Below are positions 17,731 to 26,450 of a stretch of 56,788 bases of DNA, in pieces (position 1 is the stretch's first letter; each line of letters begins with the position of its first letter). The position numbers and the translations under genes are program-made. The stretch comes from an uncultured Bacilli bacterium. Lineage in GTDB: Bacteria; Bacillota_I; Bacilli_A; RF39; UBA660. The DNA lies in contig CANQST010000004.1 in NCBI GenBank assembly GCA_947626595.1, forward strand, positions 1-56,788, in the 5' to 3' direction. Under the pieces are notes generated by a model, which ran no database searches, was not told where the DNA came from, and saw only the letters and a program-made list of their open reading frames with translations.

Positions 17731-18185
17731 TTTAGAATGTAGATGCCAATAGTTAAGTAGGTTGCGAATAGTATCCATCCTAAGTAGAAGTAGTTTAGAT
17801 AGGAAGATAGTTTTACTCTGGTACTAAATAACTTTATTAGTATATAGACTAATATATCTAATAAGATAATTAAAATGATAGAAATAAAGCGCCATTTAAA
17901 GACGAAAAAGATAATTGACCATAGAAGGTTTATGAGTAACTCTAAGTAATATATTTTACTGATATAGGTAGTGTTGTAGGTAATTTTCTTTTTGAATATG
18001 TAGTAAGATAAGCCCATTAATAGATAGATAATGCTCCACGCTATTGGGAAAAAGACTTTGGGTGGAGAGAAAAGGGGTAAGGTAAGATTTTGATAATCAA
18101 TGAAATTATTTATGATTAGGCCTACGATACTACCTAGAATGATTGGTAAAAAAAGATAAAAGATATTTGTAATAATTTTCTTCAT
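17727..18185 (-). CDS. TspO/MBR-family tryptophan-rich sensory protein
   Basis: Five-TM protein of 152 aa with PPKVFFPIAWSIIYLLMGLSYY and LLINLLWSIIFF motifs. Confidence 0.75.
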   Translation of the reverse strand: MKKIITNIFYLFLPIILGSIVGLIINNFIDYQNLTLPLFSPPKVFFPIAWSIIYLLMGLSYYIFKKKITYNTTYISKIYYLELLINLLWSIIFFVFKWRFISIILIILLDILVYILIKLFSTRVKLSSYLNYFYLGWILFATYLTIGIYILN

Positions 18186-18264
18186 AATGTCTCCTTTCTA
18201 ATTTTATTTTATGTTATTTTTTTTAAATTAATTTAAAAATATAAAAATTGAGAAAATTACCTTA

Positions 18265-18294
18265 TTGACAAAGTAAAAATATTTTTCTTATAAT
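18265..18294 (+). promoter_or_regulatory. Sigma-A-type promoter for tRNA-Thr
   Basis: TTGACA (18265-18270), an 18-nt spacer and TATAAT (18289-18294), about 50 nt upstream of the tRNA. Confidence 0.6.
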
Positions 18295-18342
18295 ATAGTT
18301 GTCAGTAGGAAATATTTATAAGTTAATTTAGAAAGTAATTAT

Positions 18343-18418
18343 GCCGATTTAGCTCAGTTGGTAGAGCAACTCATTCGTAATGAGTAGGTCGAAGGTTCAA
18401 GTCCTTTAATCGGCACCA
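18343..18418 (+). tRNA. tRNA-Thr (anticodon CGT), CCA encoded
   Basis: Folds as a cloverleaf. Acceptor GCCGATT/AATCGGC, D arm GCTC/GAGC, anticodon stem ACTCA/TGAGT with loop TTCGTAA, T arm with TTCAAGT loop, 3' ACCA. Confidence 0.9.
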
Positions 18419-18457
18419 TTGACAAATCTGTTCGAACTTTTTCGGGCTTCTATATAG

Positions 18458-18481
18458 AGAACTTGCAAAAAGTTCTTTTTT
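18458..18481 (+). terminator. Rho-independent terminator after tRNA-Thr
   Basis: agaactt-gcaaa-aagttct followed by ttttt. Confidence 0.6.
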
Positions 18482-18570
18482 ATGTTATTATGAATATGTC
18501 GAGGAAACTTGCATAAAATAAAAAAGGAATACCTAATTGTGGCTAGTTAGGTACTATTCCGTATTTTGGT

Positions 18571-18602
18571 TAGTACCGACTTAGATAGTTGGTACTATTT
18601 TT
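18571..18602 (+). terminator. Plus-strand terminator-like hairpin inside the 3' end of the minus-strand small ORF (possible end of an antisense RNA)
   Basis: tagtacc-13 nt-ggtacta followed by ttttt. The loop covers the stop codon of the minus-strand peptide gene. Confidence 0.35.
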
Positions 18603-18673
18603 ATTAAAATGATTAGTATCACAATAATAAGTAATATTATGATGGTACAAAGATATTTCTCTGTTTTTCTCAT
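18581..18673 (-). CDS. 30-aa hydrophobic peptide, candidate type I toxin
   Basis: My own translation is MRKTEKYLCTIIILLIIVILIILIKIVPTI. The RBS is very strong (aaaggaggtgatatt-ATG). This ORF is below the size cutoff of the ORF track. Confidence 0.4.
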   Translation of the reverse strand: MRKTEKYLCTIIILLIIVILIILIKIVPTI

Positions 18674-18758
18674 AATATCACCTCCTTTCACTTTTTAAGT
18701 AAAGGAGAATAGTACCTAAATCAACTAGATATTCCTGTATAAAATATTATCGCATTAT

Positions 18759-18793
<35 letters not shown>

Positions 18794-18869
18794 AGAACAA
18801 ATGTATTGTTTTGATTTTTACAGGTAATTTTATGCCTGTATCAAATAATTTTATGAAAGAGGTAATAAT

Positions 18870-19064
18870 GTGGCAATACGTGTACGAGTTTTAAATGGCT
18901 TTAGGCGTTTAAAAAATGCACCTAAAAAAATTCAAAAAGAACCTGTTATTTTAACAGATGCTTATGTTAGGGAACTAAATGAAAAAATATCTTATAATAT
19001 TGTTAAAAACCAGGTTAATTCTGAGCCAGATGTTTTTACTTTAAAAAAAACTATCATGTGTTAG
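18870..19064 (+). CDS. Hypothetical basic 64-aa protein
   Basis: GTG start 7 nt after aaagagg. No family recognised. Confidence 0.3.
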   Translation: MAIRVRVLNGFRRLKNAPKKIQKEPVILTDAYVRELNEKISYNIVKNQVNSEPDVFTLKKTIMC

Positions 19065-19191
19065 TTGATATTTTATAAAATATTTCTTTGATAAAAGTGT
19101 AGCCTTTAGTTTTGAAAGTTACACTTTTATCTTGTAGATTGTAAAGTAATTATAGTATAATATATACTTAGTTAAGGGAGGTTTATTTTAA

Positions 19192-20136
19192 ATGTTAGAA
19201 ATGAAAAAGTTGGATGACGAATTATATCGTGCCATGTATGGTAAACCTAGAGTTGGTGATGTAGCTGCAATATGGGGCAAGATAAGAAACAATCCAGAAG
19301 TATTAAAAGAAGCTATTAAAATTACAAGAAATAAGTGGAACAATGGTGATACAGTAGAGGGTATGACTATTTGTGATGCCATGTTAATTGATTATCCTCA
19401 TGTTAATAAGGAAGTATATGAGGAATTAATTAAGACTATTTATACAAATACTGATATTGCAAGAACTGTTGTTGATGGCGCAAGTAATGGCGGTTATTCA
19501 TACTTATTAATGAGTTTATGGAATAAGAATATGAAATTAACAGAAGAACAGAAGGCTTTTGCCGTACGTGAAGCTATGAATAAGATTGGAACAACTACTT
19601 ATAGAAATAAGATGAATGCATATATAGAGGAACTTAAAGAGAAAAGTATTACGGACGAAAAAGTTGTATTTCTAGATATAGATGGTTCATATAATCCTAT
19701 GGGCGCTAGAACGGCTAATATGTATATAACTGAAATTTTAAATTCAATTAGTCCAACCCAAGCTCATGGTAGTGGTTGTTATGATATTAGATATTGGATA
19801 CTTAGAAATCCTAATTGGTCAATAGAAGAAAAACAACAATTGATAATGGATTTTTGGGAGGATAATGAAGACTATGACGATGCATTGGAAGAATGGGAAT
19901 GGGGTATTGTTAATGATGAAGCAAATTTTAAAAAAGATTTGTTTCCACCTTTTAATAAGTATGAATTATTAAATGAATATACTTATGATATGCTACTAAA
20001 ATTCTATGGAAATAAAGAAATAACTGATAGGATTTGGGAAGAAATAGAGTTTTGCAAACAAATGCATAAATTAAGACCACAACAATGGGAAATAGGTGCT
20101 GATACACCAAAAGTTTTAACGAAAAATAAGAATTAA
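19192..20136 (+). CDS. Hypothetical 314-aa protein
   Basis: RBS aagggagg upstream. Soluble, W/E-rich C-terminus (WEEWEWGIVNDE). Codon composition is visibly less AT-biased than its neighbours. No family recognised. Confidence 0.55.
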   Translation: MLEMKKLDDELYRAMYGKPRVGDVAAIWGKIRNNPEVLKEAIKITRNKWNNGDTVEGMTICDAMLIDYPHVNKEVYEELIKTIYTNTDIARTVVDGASNGGYSYLLMSLWNKNMKLTEEQKAFAVREAMNKIGTTTYRNKMNAYIEELKEKSITDEKVVFLDIDGSYNPMGARTANMYITEILNSISPTQAHGSGCYDIRYWILRNPNWSIEEKQQLIMDFWEDNEDYDDALEEWEWGIVNDEANFKKDLFPPFNKYELLNEYTYDMLLKFYGNKEITDRIWEEIEFCKQMHKLRPQQWEIGADTPKVLTKNKN

Positions 20137-20144
20137 GTAAAAAA

Positions 20145-20169
20145 ATTAAAGCAATTTTGTTGCTTTAAT
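20145..20169. terminator. Bidirectional terminator hairpin
   Basis: attaaagcaa-ttttg-ttgctttaat between convergent genes. Confidence 0.5.
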
Positions 20170-20686
20170 TAAAGTTGGCATTTTCTTTTTTTAGAGATGC
20201 TATTTTTTTATTTAAATTAGAATTTATCTTATTTAAAATATTATCCTTATCGGTTAGTTCTACTTCATTTTTTAGTTTTTTAAAGTAATTGTTAGCTTTC
20301 TCTTCTTTTTTGAAGTCTTTCATTAAATACTTAATATCATTTTTATTAATATTTATATATACTTCATATTTTATATAAGAAGTATCTTTACTGTTATAGT
20401 CTGATAAAGTAGTTTGCTTTTGTAGGAATTTACTTAAAATTACTTCAAATAGAATATTGTCTTTTTCCAAAGAAAATACTATTTCATTTTCGTCTATACT
20501 ATTAGCACATTTTAAAGTAGCAAAGTATAAATCGTCTTCTTTTTTCTCTTTAACTGTTCTTTTACTCATACTAGATAGCAATTTCTTTTCAATATTACGA
20601 AGTAAATTTAGAGCTTTCTTTTCTTCTAGTAAATCAACAATTTTACTTTTTTCAATTAAAGTATCTATTTTCTCTTTATGCTTCAT
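20165..20686 (-). CDS. Hypothetical coiled-coil protein downstream of an HTH gene
   Basis: K/E-rich ORF. The ATG at 20686 overlaps the upstream stop codon (ATGAAGCATAA). The ORF track gives an alternative TTG start at 20701. Confidence 0.4.
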   Translation of the reverse strand: MKHKEKIDTLIEKSKIVDLLEEKKALNLLRNIEKKLLSSMSKRTVKEKKEDDLYFATLKCANSIDENEIVFSLEKDNILFEVILSKFLQKQTTLSDYNSKDTSYIKYEVYININKNDIKYLMKDFKKEEKANNYFKKLKNEVELTDKDNILNKINSNLNKKIASLKKENANFN

Positions 20687-20930
20687 ATCTTTTGTACTCA
20701 ATTATGTCATCGACATCACAATTTAGGTAATCACATATTCTTGCGATTACATAAATGTCTATTTTAGTTAAATTACCTTTTGCTAATCTTTGAATTACCT
20801 TAAAATCTGTTTCAGTATCACGCATTATTTTGTTTTTACTAATATTTTTTTGATCTAAAAGATTATCTAATTTAAATAGAAAATCTCCTTCACCAACTTT
20901 TACACTAACAATTTTTTCCACACTAATCAT
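20676..20930 (-). CDS. Small Cro/C1-type HTH regulator (YozG-like pattern)
   Basis: KNISKNKIMRDTETDFKVIQRLAKGNLTKIDIYVIARICDYLNCDVDDIIEY matches the short HTH family that ends ...IC..L.C...DI.EY. Confidence 0.7.
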   Translation of the reverse strand: MISVEKIVSVKVGEGDFLFKLDNLLDQKNISKNKIMRDTETDFKVIQRLAKGNLTKIDIYVIARICDYLNCDVDDIIEYKRYEA

Positions 20931-21122
20931 CCTTTTCTTTATAAAAATTTTATCAATAATATAGTTGAATAACTATTGGTTTTGTAGCCAGTATCATTGA
21001 TATTTCATTAGTATTATTTGCTAAAAGTAATGGTTTTATTGCTTAAATGTTTAATTGCTTTAAATTTTATGATATTGTATAATATTAAGAAGAGATGTAT
21101 TTCTCAATATTTAATCATTTAA

Positions 21123-22533
<1,411 letters not shown>

Positions 22534-22648
22534 AAAACACCTCTTTATAATAATGTATGTAAAAGTAGGTAAAAAGTTTAATTAAAGTATTTAAAAAGAG
22601 ATAAATTTATGATAAAATTGTAGTAGTTTAAGAATAGGAGGAGTAAGT

Positions 22649-24124
22649 ATGTTATTTAAAAAGAAAAGTAAAAGTAATATGCCTGTTCAAGATAATGAAA
22701 TAACTACTAGTTCTACTTTATTAGATACTGCTCCTGTTACTAATAATGTTAGTGTTAATAATAGTAATGTAGGAAATAATTCTGTTAATGCTAATGGTTC
22801 AAAACCTTTAGTTAATATGACTAATTCAAATAATTTACAAAGTACTGATAATCAAGATAGTGATTTAATTAATAGTATGACTTCTAGTGCTAATTTAAAC
22901 AAAAAAGTAGATCGTCCTATTAAAAGATTTCATTATATAATTATTAATACTATGGGTAAGAAGGAACAAGGAAATTTTGATGCTGAGTCTGCAGATGATG
23001 TTAGAAATTTCTTGTTATCTCAAGAGTATCAAGTTTTAGAAGTAAAAGAAAGATCTAAGTATGATATTGATTTAGGTGGAAATGGACGTATAAAGACTTC
23101 TGATTTAGCTTTTTGTTTGACACAGTTATCTACTTATATTAAGTCTGGTATTCCACTAGCTGATTCTGTTAAGATACTTGCTAAACAAACAAGTAAGTCT
23201 AGTATGAAGAAAAGCTTTAATGAACTTGTTTATGAGTTATTAAGAGGTGAAAGCTTATCTTCAGCTATGGAGAAACAGAATAATACTTATCCTAAGTTAC
23301 TAATTAATATGATAAAAACGGCTGAAATGACTGGTGATTTACCTACTATTTTGGACGATATGGCTGATTATTATACGGCTATGGATCAGACTAGAAAACA
23401 AATGAAAAGTGCTATGACATATCCATTGGTTGTTTTAACGATTGCTTTTGCTGTATTGATATTTATGCTTACTTACTTAGTTCCACAGTTTGCAACGATG
23501 TTTGAAGCTAATAATGCTGAACTTCCTGCTTTAACATTAACTATCTTGGCGATAAGTGATTTTATTAAGGCATATTGGTATATATTACTTATATGTATAT
23601 TAGTAGTTACAGTGACTTTTGTTTATACATTTAAAAAAGTACAGAAGTTTAGGCTGATGGTTCAAACGATGCTCATGCATATTCCTGTAGTTAAGAATGT
23701 TATTATATATAATGAAGTTGCGAACTTTACAAAGACATTTGCTTCTTTAATAAATCATGGTGTTTTTATTACTGATAGTATGGAGATTTTATCTAAAATT
23801 ACTAATAATGAAGTATATAAAGGTATTATTGATAAATGCTTAACTAATTTAGCTAAGGGGGATTCTATTTCTACAGCTTTTAAGGGTGAGTGGGCTGTTC
23901 CTATTGTTGCTTATGAAATGATAGTTACAGGTGAGACGACTGGACAACTTGGTACTATGATGGAAAAAGTTGCGGCACATTTTCAAATGTTACATAAAAA
24001 TATTATAGATCAAATGAAGAGTTTGGTAGAGCCACTTTTAATATGTTTCTTAGCAGTAGTTGTTGGTATTATTCTTATGTCAATAATTCAACCAATGTTT
24101 GCTATATATGAACAAGTTCAATAA
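22649..24124 (+). CDS. pilC: Type II secretion/type IV pilus platform protein (GspF/PilC family) with an N/S/T-rich N-terminal extension
   Basis: Two GspF repeats (LAFCLTQLSTYIKSGIPLADSVKILA..., FTKTFASLINHGVFITDSMEILS...) and three TM segments. The first ~95 residues are low-complexity. Confidence 0.85.
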   Translation: MLFKKKSKSNMPVQDNEITTSSTLLDTAPVTNNVSVNNSNVGNNSVNANGSKPLVNMTNSNNLQSTDNQDSDLINSMTSSANLNKKVDRPIKRFHYIIINTMGKKEQGNFDAESADDVRNFLLSQEYQVLEVKERSKYDIDLGGNGRIKTSDLAFCLTQLSTYIKSGIPLADSVKILAKQTSKSSMKKSFNELVYELLRGESLSSAMEKQNNTYPKLLINMIKTAEMTGDLPTILDDMADYYTAMDQTRKQMKSAMTYPLVVLTIAFAVLIFMLTYLVPQFATMFEANNAELPALTLTILAISDFIKAYWYILLICILVVTVTFVYTFKKVQKFRLMVQTMLMHIPVVKNVIIYNEVANFTKTFASLINHGVFITDSMEILSKITNNEVYKGIIDKCLTNLAKGDSISTAFKGEWAVPIVAYEMIVTGETTGQLGTMMEKVAAHFQMLHKNIIDQMKSLVEPLLICFLAVVVGIILMSIIQPMFAIYEQVQ

Positions 24125-24135
24125 GGAGGGTAATT

Positions 24136-24900
24136 ATGATGATTTTATACTTAATTATCTTCTTTCTTTTTGGAACATGTTTTGGTTCTTTTTTTACGGT
24201 AATTGGATTAAGACTTCCAAAAAATATTTCTTTCTTAAAAGGAAAATCACACTGTGATAAGTGTAATCATGATTTAGGACTTATTGATATGGTACCAGTA
24301 TTATCATTTATCTTTCTAAAAGGAAAGTGTCGTTATTGCCATGAAAAAATAAGCTCTTTATCTACTTATATGGAATTATTTACGGGAATACTTTTTGCTT
24401 TAGCTTACTATTCTTTTGGGTTTTCTTATTCTTTATTAATAGCTTTAGGTATTATAAGTATGCTTATTATTGTAACTGTTAGTGATATGAATTACTTAAT
24501 TATACCAGATCAGGTTCTTGTCTTTTTTAGTATTTATTTTATTGCTATTAAGATGCTTGATGGAGGAATAAAAGAGGCAGTTTTATGTGTTTTATCAGGT
24601 ATTTTCTTATTTATAATAATGTATGTTATTATGCTAATAGGAAGCAAGATTTTTAAAAGAGAGGCTCTTGGTGGGGGAGACATTAAAATGATGTTTGTCT
24701 TTGGATTAGTTCTTCCCCCTTTACTAGGCGTTATATCGATATTTTTAGGTAGTTGTTTAGCTTTGCCTGTATCTTTATATATTTTGACCAGAAAGAAGGA
24801 AAGAATTGTTCCTTTTGGGCCTTTTCTTTTATTAGCGCTTACTCTTTTGTATTTTACTAAGATAACGCCTGATATTATACTTAGTATATTAAGAAGTTAG
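24136..24900 (+). CDS. pilD: Prepilin peptidase (A24 family)
   Basis: N-terminal Cys motif CDKCNH...CRYC, polytopic membrane body and the catalytic-type motif GGGDIKMM. Confidence 0.85.
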   Translation: MMILYLIIFFLFGTCFGSFFTVIGLRLPKNISFLKGKSHCDKCNHDLGLIDMVPVLSFIFLKGKCRYCHEKISSLSTYMELFTGILFALAYYSFGFSYSLLIALGIISMLIIVTVSDMNYLIIPDQVLVFFSIYFIAIKMLDGGIKEAVLCVLSGIFLFIIMYVIMLIGSKIFKREALGGGDIKMMFVFGLVLPPLLGVISIFLGSCLALPVSLYILTRKKERIVPFGPFLLLALTLLYFTKITPDIILSILRS

Positions 24901-24928
24901 ATAACTGAAGTATTCAGTTATTTTTTTT
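24901..24928 (+). terminator. Rho-independent terminator after pilD
   Basis: ataactgaa-gta-ttcagttat followed by ttttttt. Confidence 0.7.
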
Positions 24929-24930
24929 CA

Positions 24931-24956
24931 AAAGAAAAAGTGCAAGGTACTGCACT
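24931..24956 (-). terminator. Terminator of XRE gene (cassette 2)
   Basis: agtgca-aggtac-tgcact, with an A-run on the plus strand that gives a T-run on the minus strand. Confidence 0.5.
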
Positions 24957-24968
24957 AATTAATATGAA

Positions 24969-25184
24969 TTATTTTTTTCTAGGATATGGGTCTTTAACAT
25001 TAGTAAGGCCTAATATATAGTCAATACTAGTTTTATAATATATAGCTAGTTTTTTTAAGCCATCATAAGATAATTGATATATACCTTGTTCTATTCTTGA
25101 ATAATGAGCTTGGGTAATACCAAGAATATCTGCAACTTCCTTTTGTAATAAGTCATTGTCTTCTCTTAAATCTTTTATTCTCAT
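24969..25184 (-). CDS. XRE-family HTH transcriptional regulator (cassette 2)
   Basis: LREDNDLLQKEVADILGITQAHYSRIEQG is the HTH. The C-terminal motif is TSIDYILGLTN. The ATG at 25184 follows aggtgattgta; the GTG at 25193 in the ORF track lies inside that RBS. Confidence 0.85.
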   Translation of the reverse strand: MRIKDLREDNDLLQKEVADILGITQAHYSRIEQGIYQLSYDGLKKLAIYYKTSIDYILGLTNVKDPYPRKK

Positions 25185-25227
25185 TACAATCACCTAAAGA
25201 TATTTTATAATATTTGATAAAAAGATA

Positions 25228-25281
25228 TTGACTTTTATGTGCATTACGTATATATTTATATTAGTATACGTAATACGTATA
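25228..25281. promoter_or_regulatory. Promoter and TACGTA-type palindromic operator (cassette 2)
   Basis: TTGACT (25228-25233), a 17-nt spacer and TATATT. There is a perfect 17-bp palindrome TATACGTAATACGTATA (25265-25281) and a TACGTATA half-site at 25245-25252 overlapping the -10. Confidence 0.55.
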
Positions 25282-25299
25282 TATAATAGAGGTGATATC

Positions 25300-26028
25300 A
25301 TGAAGAATAGTAAGATAATAGTAGGGGTAGTAATTGGAATAGTTATATCAATTACTTTATCTTTTTGTCTAGCAGAAACTTTAATAGAAAGTAAAAATGT
25401 TTCTTATGTAGATAACAGTGCAGTAGGAGCAATTAATGTACAAAATGCCATAGATGGAACTTGTACTAAGTTTAGTAATGAATTACAAAACTTTCTCTTA
25501 AAAGTATACCCCGTAGGAAGTATTTATATATCAACAACTTTAAAAACTCCAAGTGAAGTACAAAATAGTTTTGGTGGTACTTGGGTTTCATATGGAGTAG
25601 GAAAAACATTATTAAGTAGTACAACAAGTGAACAAACTGGAGGTTCAAACACGGTAACTCTGACAACAGCTAATCTACCAGCACATACTCATAATTATGA
25701 TAAAGTAAATGCTAATACAGGTTCACATGTTTTAACTATAGCGGAGATGCCAGCACATCCAGGACATATATATGAAGCTGGAGGAAGTGGTGGCTGGTAT
25801 GTACCAGCAGCATATCAAACAACTACTTCATTTTCTAATAGAAGATGGATAGTTCATAGAGCTAACGAGCTTTATCCTGATAGCACTTCTTATGGTAATA
25901 ATGAAGGCCACACTCATTCAATCTCAACTACCTCAACCGCAACAAGTTCGGCAGGTTCTACTAATCCTACCGCTATTAATGTCCAAAATGAATATATAAC
26001 TGTCTATATGTACAAAAGAACTAATTAG
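25300..26028 (+). CDS. Signal/TM-anchored tail-fibre-like HxH-motif protein, paralogue 2
   Basis: The ATG at 25300 follows agaggtgatatc. It has the same leader, YPVGSIYIS...FGGTW, LPAHTHNY, MPAHPGH, EGHTHSI and shared C-terminus as the 4449 and 33263 ORFs. The 24-codon upstream extension in the ORF track runs through the promoter. Confidence 0.8.
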   Translation: MKNSKIIVGVVIGIVISITLSFCLAETLIESKNVSYVDNSAVGAINVQNAIDGTCTKFSNELQNFLLKVYPVGSIYISTTLKTPSEVQNSFGGTWVSYGVGKTLLSSTTSEQTGGSNTVTLTTANLPAHTHNYDKVNANTGSHVLTIAEMPAHPGHIYEAGGSGGWYVPAAYQTTTSFSNRRWIVHRANELYPDSTSYGNNEGHTHSISTTSTATSSAGSTNPTAINVQNEYITVYMYKRTN

Positions 26029-26040
26029 ATTATAAATAAA

Positions 26041-26075
26041 AATAATCGGGTATTTAACTCGATTATTTCTTTTTC
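26041..26075. terminator. Bidirectional terminator hairpin
   Basis: aataatcg ... cgattatt forms an 8-bp stem followed by tctttttc. It lies between convergent genes. Confidence 0.5.
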
Positions 26076-26290
26076 TTTGGGTAAGCTTCTTTTTCATTAG
26101 TTCTACCCAAGATATAGTCTGTACTTGTATTATAGAAAGTTGCTAAAGTATCAAGCTTGTCAATTGGTAGTAATCTTATTCCAAGTTCATATTCACTATA
26201 TTGTTGTTGAGATATCTTTAATAGTTTAGCAATATCTTTTTGATACAAGTCTTTATCTTGCCTTAAATCTTTTAACCTATTAATATTCAT
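26063..26290 (-). CDS. XRE-family HTH transcriptional regulator (cassette 3)
   Basis: LRQDKDLYQKDIAKLLKISQQQYSEYELG is the HTH. The C-terminal motif is TSTDYILGRTN. The ATG at 26290 follows gaggagaattt. Confidence 0.85.
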   Translation of the reverse strand: MNINRLKDLRQDKDLYQKDIAKLLKISQQQYSEYELGIRLLPIDKLDTLATFYNTSTDYILGRTNEKEAYPKKKK

Positions 26291-26338
26291 AAATTCTCCT
26301 CTCTTTCTACTATTTTCATACATAAAATATTATGTGCG

Positions 26339-26395
26339 TTGACAATACATGAAATTTCATGTATAATTTAATTGTATACATAATATTTCATGTAT
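26339..26395. promoter_or_regulatory. Promoter and 20-bp palindromic operator pair (cassette 3)
   Basis: TTGACA (26339-26344), a 17-nt spacer and TATAAT (26362-26367). A perfect palindrome ATACATGAAATTTCATGTAT (26345-26364) fills the spacer. A second near-copy ATACATAATATTTCATGTAT lies at 26376-26395. Confidence 0.6.
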
Positions 26396-26450
26396 ATAAA
26401 TTTAAATATTATTATTTAAATTATGCAAATGAAATGTAGAGAGGGTAATT

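Noticed and set aside
25228-25299. Several ORF-track entries carry N-terminal extensions: 25228 for fibre paralogue 2, 29735 for the DUF1540 gene, 55701 for pnp, 50820 for murC, 1999 for tdk, 26323 and 25193 for XRE genes, and 34329 for the DUF2726 gene.
   Set aside because: In each case an internal ATG with a well-spaced GGAGG-type RBS exists. The extension runs through a promoter, operator or terminator hairpin, or through the RBS itself. I used the shorter start coordinates.
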